Below, in pieces: positions 26,553-38,560 of a stretch of DNA of 64,000 nucleotides. Made by a program: the position numbers and the translations under genes. Position 1 is the stretch's first letter. Each line of letters opens with the position of its first letter. The notes beneath the pieces are model-generated. The model searched no databases and had not been told where the DNA came from. It saw only the letters and a list, made by a program, of their open reading frames with translations. Source of the stretch: Mobula hypostoma (lineage: Eukaryota); contig NC_086118.1 of assembly GCF_963921235.1 (NCBI RefSeq), positions 26,972,001 through 27,036,000 of the forward strand. Reading direction: 5' to 3'.

Positions 26553-26588
26553 AGTCCTGACGAAGGGTCTCGGCCTGAAACGTCGACT
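26553..26588 (+). ncRNA. Minimal type-I hammerhead ribozyme motif (Penelope pLTR)
   Basis: AGUC-CUGACGA-AGGGUCUCGGCCU-GAAACGUC-GACU; stem I AGUC/GACU, palindromic ACGU stem III, predicted cut after GUC at 26584. Confidence 0.78.
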
Positions 26589-27109
26589 GCACCTCTTCCT
26601 AGAGATGCTGCCTGGCCTGCTGTGTTCACCAGCAACTTTGATGTGTGTTGGATGGAAATAGGAGGTTGAATTGAAGTGAGTAACCATTGGGAGATCCTTC
26701 TTTTTGCAGTGTACAAAGCGAAGGTGCCTGCTGAAGTGGCTCCCTGATCTGCATGAGATCTCTCTGATCTAGTGGATGTTGCCAGTGGCCACCCATTTCA
26801 ATTGTACTTCCTGTTCCCATTCCGACATGTCAGTCTATGGCCTCCGCTGTTGCCACGATGATACCACACTCAGGATGGAGCATTAGCACCTTGAATTCCG
26901 TCTGGGTAGCCTCCAACCCGACGGCATGAACAGCAATTTCTTGAACTTCCTGTAATTGCCCCCTCCTCTTCTTCAACATTCCCCGTCCTTGTGATCATCT
27001 GTCTTAATGTTTCCTTATGTGCCTCAGCATCAAAATCTGTTTGATAATATTTTATTGAAGGTTCTTTGTCATTTTGCCAAGTTCTTTAAAAATAACAGCT
27101 CATTTCCAT

Positions 27110-28927
27110 CACTTAAAGCTTTTTTAAGTATATGAAGGGAAAAAGAGAGTCAAGGGTAGATATAGGACCAATACAAAATGATGCTGGAGATATCATAATG
27201 AAAGATGCAGAGATAGCAGAGGAACTGAATGTGTATTTTGCATCAGTCTTCGCAGTGGAAGACGTCTGCAGTATACCGGACATTCAAGAGTGTCAGGGAA
27301 ATGAGGTTGGTGCAACAAAAATTACGACTGAGAAGGTGCTCAGGAAGGTTAATGGTCTGAGGGTGGATAAATCTCCTGGACCTGATGGAATGCACCCTCG
27401 GGTTCTGAAGGAAGTAGCTGGAGAAATTACGGAGGCATAAATGATGGTCTTTCAAGAATCGATAGATTCTGGCATTGTACTGGATGACTGGAAAATTGCA
27501 AATGTTACTCCGCTATTTAAGAAGGGTGGGAGGCAGCAGAAAGGAAACTATAGACCTGTTAGCCTGATATCAGTGGTTGGGAAGTGTTATAATTGATTGC
27601 TAGGGATGAGATTACGGAGTATCTGGAGGTACATGACAAGATAGGCCAAAGCCAGCATGGTTTCCTGAAGGAAAATCCTGCCTGACAAACCTACTGCAAT
27701 TTTTTGAGGAAATTACAAGCAGGGTGGACAAAGGAGATGCAGTAGATGTGGTGTACTTGGATTTTCAGAAGGCCTTTGACAAGGTGCCGCACATGAGGCT
27801 GCTTAGCAAGATAAGAGCCCACGGAATTACAGGGAATTTACTAGCATGCGTGGAGCATTGCTGGTTGGCAGAAAACAGTGGGAATAAAGGGATCCTATTC
27901 TGGTTGGCTGCTGGTTACCAGTGGAGTTCCACAGGGGTCGGTGTTGGGACTGCTGCTTTTTTTGATGTATATCAATGATTTGGACAATGGTATTAATGGA
28001 TTTGTGGCTAAATTTGCCGATGATACAAAGATAGGTGGAGGAGCGGATAGCGTTGAGGAAACAGAGCCTGCAGAGAGACTTAGATAGTTTAGGGGAATGG
28101 GCAAAGAAGTGGCAAATGAAATACAATGTTGGGAAGTGTATGGTCATGCACTTTGGTGGAAGAAATAATTGGACAGACTATGATTTAGATGGGGAGGGAA
28201 TTCAAAATGCAGAGATGCAAAGGGACTTGGGAGTCCTTATGCAGGATACCCTAAAGGTTAACCTCCAGGTTGAGTCGGTTGTGAAGAAGGCAAATACAAT
28301 GTTGGCATTGATTTCTAGAGGTATAGAATATAACAGCAGGGATGTGATGTTAAGGCACAAGTGAGACCACACTTGGAGTATTGTGTGTAGTTTTGGGCTC
28401 CTTATTTTAGAAAGGACATACTGACATTGGAGAGGGTTCAGAGAAGATTCACGAGAATGATTCCAGGAATGAAAGGGTTACCGTATGAGGAACATCTGGC
28501 AGCTCTTGGGCTGTATTCCCTGGAGTTCAGGAGAATGAGGGGGGATCTCATAGAAACATTCCGAATGTTAAAAGGCCTGAACAGATTAAATATGGCAAAG
28601 TTATTTCCCATGTTAGGGGATTCTCGGACAAGAGGGCACTACTTTAGGATTGAAGGACGTCCTTTTAGAACTGAGATGCGGAGGAATTACTTCAGTCAGA
28701 GGGTGGTAAATCTGTGGAATTTGTTGCCACGACTGGCTGTGGAGGCCAAGGCATTGGGTGTATTTAAGGCAGAGATAGATAGGTTTTTGACTAGCCAGGG
28801 CATTAAATGGTATGGGGTGAAAGCAGGGGTCTGGGGATGACTGGGAGAATTGGAACAGCCCATGATTGAATGACAGAGCAGACTCTATGGACAGACTTCT
28901 GCTCCTATATCTTATAGTCTTATGGTG
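27110..28927 (+). mobile_element. CR1 LINE ORF2 RT region, 5'-truncated and frameshifted
   Basis: KSPGPDGMHPRVLKE, NYRPVSL, VDVVYLDFQKAFDKVPH, SGVPQGSVLG, KFADDTKIGG, RRMRGDLIETF; (tcttat/ggt) tail. Confidence 0.95.
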
Positions 28928-31499
28928 TTAAATTGATAGGTGGAATTCAAATTCAATGAAATGACTATCATATTTTTTAAAAAATTGAAAACAATTGGAA
29001 TTACTTGCAATTCTGAATGATGCATTTTGCATAGTTTTTTGAAAGATTTTTTGAATGAAATATTTGAATTGGAGTATTCTATCTTGAAAAGCTAGTAATA
29101 AGTTGATGCAATTTGAAAATTTAAAATTTAATAATTCAGTTCGTCTTGAATGCCTTAGAGAAGATAAGGGAATATTAATAATCTGATTGCAAATTTGATA
29201 GTTGTAGTAATAGCATTTTAACATTTCTGTTCTGCAAATGCAGTGCATGTCAAAGGCAAATGGCAATTTTAGTGGTCTGGGCAACTAATTGAAATGTTAG
29301 AGTTATTTTGCACTTTCAATCGATGGATTCTATGCAATACACAATGGAACAAATACATCAAAGTGACATTCTGCCTTAACTGACAAGTAGAAACTTTGAC
29401 ATCAGGGATAATTGGATTTGTAGACTGCTTTTGCTCTGATTGCAACTCATTAGCTGGTTTTCTCTCACAGTATTTAGGTAAAGCAGAATATTCAGGTTTT
29501 GGTTGATTTTGCTGAGGAGGATCTTTGGCCCTTGTATATTTAAATCAATAGTTCAAAAGGTGAATTATTCTGACTGATTATCTAACATATTTGTTATGAC
29601 TTCCAAGTTTCTGCAGACATTTCAGAGCTTCTTTCAAACACAGCTTTATCCCTTTTACAACACTCTTTTGTCTATCAGTGTCAAAGAAGTGATCATGAAT
29701 TCTGTTACGACTTTATAAATAAGCACCAGACTGCATCATTTAATATTATTCTAATTGCCGAGTAATGGCCTGAAAGGATAACATATAATTATTTCCTGGA
29801 ATTTGTTTTGTGCTGTGAGCAACTAATCTCTTGATCATTCACATTCATCAGCTATTTGTACATGTTCTATTTATATGTAAATCTCAGAGAGTTGCAAGCA
29901 AGTGCAAGTTAAGTTCTGTGACATTTTGTGTTGTCCATGAGTTGCTTTAAGTCATATGTGGAGCATCATAGCACAATACATTTGTAGTTTGATTTTAGTC
30001 CATACTACTGTTGCTGATAATAAAATAAACTAAAATAGCTAAAATAATGGGGCCCAGAACACATGCGCTCTTATAACTCAAGCATTCCTTTTATTTTACT
30101 TGTGCACAAGGAGAGCAGCATGGCCCCTGACCCGCACTGTTCTGAAGTCCAAAGAGAAAGCTGATATTTTATACAGAATTGGTTTATCAGTTACGGATTT
30201 TGGCCAGTTAGTGAAGCATTGTAGATATTTGACTTCCTTACTCCCAAGATCAATCGCCATTCACAATGAGGTGTTAAAAGTCAATTGAAACTTCAAACGG
30301 ACAGCTGATGATATTTTGAAGTTAGTAAAGGCAATAGAGCCATAGGTTGCTGGGTATGTTTCCCACTCTTCTGTTATCTTGTTTGTCTCTTGGCGTATTG
30401 TATAAAAGGAAACTCTGTTTTAGGAAGACTTTTCTGGAAAAAGTCTCACTGCAGAAGCCTCACTTGTTCGTCTTTTGTCTGTACTAAGCAGAAATGTCTC
30501 CAGAGGTCTTGCTTGACAGCAACTGCTCCAAGCTTTCGTTCCCTTACTGTAACTTCCACACTACTTTTCCCTGGAGTCATCCAGCTGCCCTAATAAAAGA
30601 TGCAGTTGCGACATTGAACTAAAAGGAGGGTAAACCAGAGAACTTACTGCTTTCAAATAAAACTGTAAAGGCTGTAAAAATCCAGCAGGTTGGGCAGCAT
30701 CTGTGAAAAGGGACTTAAATGATGTCTCAGATTCGCAAACAGTTTCTCTTTCCACAGATACTGCCCAGCTTGCTGAGGTATTTCAATATATTTTGTTTCA
30801 GCTTTCCTGCATTTGTAGTTTTTTTAAATTTTCATTTTTTGGTTCTAGATCCTTATTCAAATTTGAAAGTAAGAGGCAAATGAGGATAGAAGTTAACTGT
30901 TAATGATGAAACCTTTGGATGCAACTATCCAAATTTTGCATTTAAGCACTATGCATACCAAAGGCATTATGTCCAATAAGGAGTTTAGAAAACCAATTGT
31001 GAATATAGATAGCAGTTGCTAAAGTACGTTAATTCCTTGCAAGTTGAATTAACTCTCATAAAAAATATTAAGTGGCAGGATTTTGTTTATCAAAGAGTGC
31101 AGATTTTGTAAAATTGAAATAAAAATAAACAAAAGCTTCAAGCACTCTGCATACTGCAGCATCTGTTGGGAGAGAAACAGAGTACACATTTCAAGACGTG
31201 GAGTTTTCTTCAAAGCTGGAAATGTTGATATGTAAGGAAGGGATGGGAATGAAGTCTGGGAATCTGAAAGATGAAGTGCTGCAGTAACAAGGAAGCAGAA
31301 GAGGTTTGTGATTGTGTGGAATGCAGGAAAGGTTCGATGATGTGAGGCAAAATAGATGATGAAACAAGTGATGATTCTGGAGGAGGAGTGAATGAAACTG
31401 AAGATTCATAACCATTAGTTGATTGCTGGAAAAAAGAGAAATGAAGCAAACAATAAAGAAAGTAAACAAATGACACACAGAACATTAGCCACAGAGACA

Positions 31500-32000
31500 A
31501 TCCTTTCCAAAATGAAATGCAGTAAACACTATTTCAGAGTCATCTCAGATCACTGGACCAAGCACTTCCTGATGTCGGTTGCCCTTACCTCCAGCACTTT
31601 CTACAGCAGGAGCACAAAAACAACATCTTTCTCCTCCAACATTCAAGGAGAATCTCCAGCTTTTGATTTTCATTCTTTTTGAGAGTTGCATCAAAAATTC
31701 GAACATGTTCCAATCTTGGATGGCTATTGGGCTGTCCCATTGCTTTCCCACTTCACTTCCAATCCAGGAGATGCATATTGAAATAGTAAGTTACTATCAT
31801 CCTTCCTATCTGCCACCCAAGCTCACCATTGATATCTAGCCTGCACTCCTGACCTCGTCTTTCGTTACAGAACACCACAGCCCTTGCAGCCTTCTCCAAC
31901 CCTTTCAACTAACAATAATAATTTGATTGTTGATCCTGCTGTATGCTTCCAACGGTGCTCTTCTGATCCCTGACATTTTTCCCCTCACTCATGCACATCA
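31500..32000 (+). mobile_element. Ancient L2-type LINE remnant
   Basis: Pyrimidine-rich decayed sequence resembling L2 endonuclease-region DNA; no intact frame. Confidence 0.3.
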
Positions 32001-32871
32001 CCAAGCCTGCTAACAAACAACACTGGTTTAATCTGTTATTTTTTTTCCCCCTGCCCCAGCCAAAAATATTTCATGGTAGTTAAATTCCTTGATTTTCATC
32101 ACTCTCTAACACTGATTTTCTTTCTTCACCATGCATCAATCCCTCACACTCCATCACCAATATTGTTCTTTTTTGATGCATAAAGAAATTGAAAAATAAA
32201 TTTGAAATTTTCTTCTTCAATTGTGGTATCTTTCTATAGGTGGAAATTTGCCTCCATAAGCTTGATTCCAAATGAATCAACCTGATGTGATTTAGATGTT
32301 TCTGAAAGATGTGATGGGACATGATAAACTTGGTAAATTTTTTTCCATAAAGGGCAGTATATTTTATGCTAAGTTTCTCATCTTGGACTTCCTCCTGTTA
32401 GGAGGAATTTTTCCCTTGAGATTTGAGTGCCACATTCAATATATTGAATTGACCTGGATTTTCACTTTGCCTCTGGCAGTAGCGGCAATCACTAAAATGC
32501 TCTTCCTTTTTGCTGTCTTTTTCCTTGCTTTACGATTCAAATAATATGCATAAAACTGCCAAGATGCTACAATTCTTTTTCATTTTAAACAACTTTGGTC
32601 TTTTGTTATTCCCCCATGATAACCCAAAGCATTCCTTCATTACAAATTTGACAAGTTCATAACAGCCTCTCTTTTATATACATTCGCCTTCCAGCTTGAA
32701 ATCAGGTTGTATCTTCCCATTTTTTTCTTACATATGATGGTTAAAATGCCCATACCTCTCTACCTTACGTACATTACATTGAGGCTCTGCTTTAATTGTT
32801 CCAAATGGGAATGGAAATGAATGCTTGATACAGTGCCCAGATTTCAGAAAATAACATTGTTTCACTATCGT

Positions 32872-33233
32872 AAACACGAGGAATTCTGCAGATGCTGGAA
32901 ATTCAAGCAACACACATCAAAGTTGCTGGTGAACGCAGCAGGCCAGGCAGCATCTATAGGAAGAGGTACGGTCGACGTTTCGGGCCGAGACCCTTCGTCA
33001 GGACTAACTGAAGGAAGAGTTAGCAAGAGATTTGAGAGGGGGAGGGGGAGATCCAATATGATAGGAGAAGACAGGAGGGGGAGGGATGGAGCCAAGAGCT
33101 AGACAGGTGATCGGCAAAAGGGATATGAGAGGATCCTGGGACGGGAGGCCCAGGGAGAAGGAAAGCGGGGAGGGGGGAAAACCCAGAGGATGGGCAAGGG
33201 GTATAGTCAGAGGGACAGAGGGAGAAAAAGGAG
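32872..33233 (-). mobile_element. Penelope-like pLTR, young family
   Basis: Near-identical to 25150-25435 and to the reverse complement of 26330-26650. Confidence 0.9.
32971..33005 (-). ncRNA. Minimal type-I hammerhead ribozyme motif
   Basis: Minus strand AGUC-CUGACGA-AGGGUCUCGGCCC-GAAACGUC-GAC; best-paired stem II (GGGUC/GGCCC) in the window. Confidence 0.75.
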
Positions 33234-33714
33234 CTCTATAATTCTAATTAAGTAACATGGGAAAAAACATTATGTTTTACAGAGATACAGTGAGTAACTA
33301 TATCTCTCTGCTAGTGGGGTCCCCTGGTGATAGAAAGTTAAAGAATATTCAGTAGTCCTTGATACCACCCTGACCACTTTTAAAAGATGAACTCTGCTCA
33401 GTTAATCCAAGAAACAATTCTTAAACAAAACAATGATTCTCTGTGTCTTCTATTGTCAGCGATCCCTGGTCATAGTGAATTAATGATCGTATAGCCATTG
33501 GCACCTCTCTCAGTCTTGTTCCAAAGCACAATTCTACTCAATCAGTAGAGAATCTTCTTTTATATATGTGATCATGTAATATCATGTCCCAAATACAATC
33601 CGTCACATCATTAAAGCAACCACCTTTAATCAAACTGTTTATCACATTTTTCACATATTAACCATTACAAGTGTTTCATAAGCAATGTTAGTTGCACATA
33701 GCACAGAATTTTAA

Positions 33715-34510
33715 TATATGTTGAAATTGTTTTGGTCATTGGTAAGGCCAGATTTGGAGTATTGTGTACACTTCTGGTTACCGAATTATAGGAACGATGT
33801 CAATAAAATTGAGAGAGTACAGAGGACGTTTACTAAAATGTTGCCTGGGTTTCATCTCCCAAGTTACAGAGAAAGGTTGAACAAGTTAGGTCTTTATACT
33901 TTATAATTGTTGTTGCCAAACAATTGATACTAGAACATACAATCATCGCAGTGATATTTGATTCTGCGCTTCCCACTCCCTGGATTACAAATATTAAATA
34001 TTAAAATATTAAAAATAGTAAAAATTAGTAAATATTTTGAAAAATAAATTATAAATCATAAATAGAAAATAGAAAATTGGAAAGTAAGGTAGTGCAAAAA
34101 AACCGAGAGGCTTTGGAGCGTAGAAGGTTGAGGGGGGACTTGATAAAAGTGTTTAAAATTATGAGGGGGATAGATAAAGTTCACGTGGATAGGCTTTTTC
34201 TATTGAGAGTAGGGAAGATTCAAACAAGAGGACATGAGTTGAGAGTTAAAGGACAAAAGTTTAGGGGTAACATGAGTGGGACCTTCTTTACTGAGAAAGT
34301 TGTAGCTGTGTGGAACGAGCTTCCAGCAGAAGTGGCTGAGGCAGGTTCGATGTTGTCATTTAAAGTTAAATTGGACAGATATATGGACAGGAAAGGAATG
34401 GAGGGTTATGGGCTGAGTGCAGGTCGCTGGGACTAGGTGAGAGTAAGCGTTCGGCATGGACTAGAAGGGCCGAGATGGCCTGTTTCCGTGCTGTAGTTGT
34501 TAGATGGTTA
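33715..34510 (+). mobile_element. CR1 LINE 3' fragment, interrupted
   Basis: LVRPDLEYCVHFWLPNYRNDVNKIERVQR...LGLYTL | ERRRLRGDLIKVFKIMRG...VWNELP. Confidence 0.88.
33900..34110 (-). mobile_element. Rex1/Babar LINE extreme 3' end inserted in CR1
   Basis: Matches 46555-46737 (aaacaattgatactaga...aaagtaaggtagt...aaaaaaacc...gagg). Confidence 0.85.
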
Positions 34511-34730
34511 GATTAGCAGAATGTATAATATAATTATTCTATACTAGCTTTCCACATGATGTCCTCTGCATCACACTACATATAGGAATAAAAGCTTGTT
34601 GTACCAGTTTGCACTCTTCAAACACTTGACTTCCTCTTACAGATCTTTTTTGAGTTCCATATTTACAGTCCTGTAGAGGGAATTGCTGATGCAAGTGGCC
34701 AGAAAGAGAGAAATGCATTCTCATAAAGGA

Positions 34731-34939
34731 AGGGGCGGATGGTAGTGTATTGGTACTGTATTGCAGTATCGGTAACCCGGTTTCAATTCCCGACACTGTC
34801 CCTGTAAGAAGTTTGTACGTTCTCTCCATGACTGCATGAGTGCTCTGGTTTCCTTCTACATTCCAAAGATGTACTGCTTGGTAGGTTGGTAGGTCATTGT
34901 AGGGTTATTCCACGCTGTATATCAAATAAATAAATAAAC
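34731..34939 (+). mobile_element. V-SINE with internal deletion
   Basis: A/B-box-like head, gtaagaagtttgtacgttctc, tattccacgctgtat, (aaat)n. Confidence 0.7.
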
Positions 34940-36035
34940 CTGCAACTTCTGAATGTCCCAGTGGATTGTTACGAAATTTATTTCAGTGAGGGCAGTTTGT
35001 TCTCACCCAGCCCCCACCAGCTGTAATGTGTTTATGTATTATCTTGTGATGTTGATTGAAGGATAAGTATTAGCCACAAACCCAGTCTCTTTGAAATAAG
35101 TCGTGCTAAGGATCTTTTATTTCTGCTTTGGAAAATAGTCAGAGCCTCAATTTAACTTAACATATTGTCTGAAAGTCATCACACTGAACAGTGCAGACCC
35201 TTAGCAATAAATAGGATCATCTACCTAGATTTTGGACTTTAATTCTTCGGACTAGAACTCCTAAATCAGCCCTTTGACTGATGGGTGAGAGTGATAACAA
35301 TTGTATATGTTTAATGTGGATGTAGTTGTCCCCTGCTTTATCACTGAGCCAATATAATCCCAATTAGTTGTATTTTTTTTAAAATTATTATCTCTTGCAT
35401 AAGACTAAAAAGCAATTAATGTGCATGGGCTGATGCTTCCATCAATAAAATCAGGACAAAATTTGACAAGAGAATTAATTGCTTAGATAATAACATCAGA
35501 AGAATATATAATGTGATATTTAGTAAACAAAAAGCAATCAAACTGTTTAGTCTAATGGATAGAAAACATAATTGCCTAGTAATGGCATCTGTACATCTGC
35601 CATGTCTGTGCACTCAAATGTTGCTGATGTTATGTATGCCGTGGTTGTAATGTCTATGGAGCATCTTATCAGCTCTTTAAGATGCATCTCAAACATAGCA
35701 TTTTCTGTTATACTGCATGTATATTCAACACTCATCTTTGTTTACTAAGATCTTACAAGTAGCAATAGAATAATGAATGATCACATCATTTATAACCAGT
35801 TTTTAAAATGATGATCATGTAGGCACATTGTACCATGAACAGCAATTATTTTGATGAATGTTGTGACATGGTTAGGTTTGTTCGACATTGAATGACAGAA
35901 AGACAAATGAACTAAAATACTCACTTGCTTGTCTCCACTTTGAGCTTGTTAAAGCAAATTATGCTCAGTTGTGTTTTTCTCAGTGGAATTCAAACAGGAA
36001 CTAAATCTGACCTGCTGCTCTCATGTCTTCCACAG

Positions 36036-36159
36036 GTGACTTATGGATCTTTTGACTACACTTCATTACTATATTTGTCTGACTACAAGATTGATTTTGG
36101 TGGTGGAAAATTTGTATTTGTTGATGAACTTGCTAACAGAACAGTAGAGCCTCGAATAG
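36036..36159 (+). CDS. OGFOD3: OGFOD3 internal coding exon
   Basis: Acceptor tgtcttccacag, donor gtatga; 124 nt; VTYGSFDYTSLLYLSDYKIDFGGGKFVFVDELANRTVEPRI(G). Confidence 0.97.
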
Positions 36160-38158
36160 GTATGAATTTTGCTTTATGTTTTTCCCATTCTCAATTCCCA
36201 AGGGAAATGAAATGATTGGGTCTTGAATTCTTCAAATTTCCTAAGTCAGCAGTGGATTGTTTTTAACCATTGTCACACAATGTCTGGATCTGGGACTCTA
36301 GTCAGAAAGAATATTGAACCAATATTGTCGGAAATATTACCATGGTAAAGTAATTCTTAAACATCACTAATGTCAGTGTCTGTTTGGTTACTTTCCATTT
36401 GTACATTTTCCATGCCATTACATTTTGTTTCATTTGTGAGTAAGGGTGTATTGTAGTTATTTGGTATTGTTAAAAATAACTTCAAACTGGTCAAGATGAT
36501 TTCATCCTGTCAAATAGTTTCAAATCCGAGGTTACAATTTAAATGTCCAAGCAACTTGCCTAACTGACCATTGTACGCAACCTTAGAAGGCAGGCCATTT
36601 TGATGGCCTGCTTGATTGCGCTATCTGGGGGTCCTCATCCAAGTTAACTTGGAGTTAGGATTATTAACAAATGTTGATCTCCCTCCAGCTAAGACAAATG
36701 GTTGCAGAGTATTTGCTGTATGAGATTTGCCAAATCAACAAAGACAGCAGATTGATCATAAAGCACTGTGCACTGCATCACAATGTGTCATGCAGCACTT
36801 TCTTCACCAGTGTCCTTAGGAACTGCAAAGGCAATACTCAAAGTAAAACTGAAGCTTACTGCAATGTACAGTCATTGTGTTGCAATTTTCTCTTATGTCC
36901 TTATTTCTTTGTTCCTTCTGTTTGACCATTCTTGGCTTGGAGTCCTGTAAGGAACGGTTATAAGCACCTTGGTGTACATATTAATTAAGTGTAAAATTAG
37001 TTCAAACCTTAAGAAATGTTTCCAGACGTTTTGTGGCATTTCTAAATAGCAAGTCTGAGAATCTGCTGTTCTGCTTGAGCCTAATTGTTTCATAATCTCC
37101 CCACTGCATTAAGTGCTTAATCAAAAGCATGCCCCTGCCTCCGCGGAATAAAATGTTACTTTCTCCCGTTCATTCTAGTGTTATGTGATTAACAATTACC
37201 TGTGTTAGGCACCAATTCCAGTGTAAGCAAAGAAGAAATAGTTAGGTTTAAGTAGGCAGCTTGCTTCCAAAATCTGGGGAAGTTTTTGTGTTTTCAGTCA
37301 CTTTTGTGTGAAATGTATAGACGTGTTTCAATGGTTTATGGATGTACAGCACAGTAACATGTTTCTTTTAAAGATTATTTCTTTCAATAGTAATATGGTC
37401 TCAAACCAAATCTTTCCAATGCTCAGTGCAACTGCAGTAAATGTTCTTCCTTTGGAAGGCCAGGAGTAAGGAGGGCATGAATAATAATTTAAATAAGCTG
37501 ATTACAAATTTCAAAATCCTAGTCAGTGTTAAAGGTATTTTTGAACAAATAAAGAAGCAGTTTTAATTATGCCTGTCATGCAGAAACTTGGCGGATGAGC
37601 TGCTTCTGATAATCACTGTAACATATCATCAGTGCAGTATCCAGTCCACAGGCAAACCAAGCCAAATGAGATTCATGAGCACTCCACCACCCCCACCCCC
37701 ACCTCCACTAGTTCAGCCTTAGTTGCTGCTTGATCATTTCCTCCCTGAGTCTCCACTTCTCCCACCTGCATAGTGGCAATTTTCACGCGCCGTCAGGTTT
37801 AAATGCACAAATGTCATCGTTCTCCTTGCTCCACTGATATTCACTGCCATACTCCCTTCCCTCGCCCATCAGCCTTCCTTTCTTCCTTTGCTGTTCTACA
37901 CTCTCTGTTTCATTCTCCTCCCCTCATCATTTAGATCTCCCTCCCTTCCTCGCTGCTCCACTTCGTCTCCCCCTTCCTTACTGCTCCACTCCGTCTCCCT
38001 CTTCCTTGCCATTCCACGTTTTCCTCCCCCCCCCCCCCCATTTCTTCAATCAGGACTTCCCAAGTGCACCTCTGGTGAAATAGGGATAATTAGAAAAGGT
38101 GTGTCAGAACCACACGTGCAGAGGAAAAGAATCATAAAGTTGGAGCAGAAGGATGCAG

Positions 38159-38560
38159 ACCTCCAAGGGGACCAGTGTGGAGGGAGGCTTGCGTGCCTCA
38201 GTGACCCGGAGAGCTATGTTGGCTGTAGCTAAGGCTTTATACTTTGGCTCTGGGTAGGGTTGCCCATGCATAATAGGTCAAAGGGTAAAGGCTAGACAAA
38301 GAGTGGTCCACTGGTCCTCCAAGTTCGGGGATTCAGCTCAGGGCTAACAACCCTGACTGGTCAAACAAAATTATTATGGAAATGGCAATGAAGATTCCTT
38401 CTACATCCAGATGTGATGGTATTCCTGAGTCTCCCTCGTATGACTGACAGTAATGAAAACTGAGTGGAAGCTACTGACATGATGAAGGAAGCCCTGAACA
38501 CTATCTGAGATGGAGGGCCTTCATTACTGCCCTAAACATCAGTGGCATAATGGACAGTAA
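38159..38560 (+). mobile_element. Non-autonomous bipartite RTE element (5' UTR joined to 3' end)
   Basis: Perfect 13-bp TSD cagaaggatgcag (38146-38158, 38561-38573); RTE-like 5' UTR motif ggtcctccaagttcgggg...gggctaacaaccc; RTE-like 3' end atggagggccttcattactgcccta...cagtaa. Confidence 0.75.

Larger units (their letters stand above)
25144..26651 (+). mobile_element. Young Penelope-like element (RT thumb + GIY-YIG endonuclease + pLTR), 5'-truncated with inverted pLTR
   Basis: AIPFSQFLRLCRICS...RVPLVLTYHP; CKRNKCYTC...VMYCVRCS*GGLLYIGKT*RRLGDRFAEH...EEQHLIFRLGSLQPDGMNIDFSNFR*; 25170-25435 is inverse of 26390-26650; TSD atgggaatagga / atggaaatagga. Confidence 0.93.
25095..26990. mobile_element. 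Older Penelope-like GIY-YIG fragment hosting the younger insertion
   Basis: Minus-strand GIY-YIG sequence is continuous across 25095-25143 and 26652-26772, then inverts to a plus-strand copy at about 26780-26960. Confidence 0.7.
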
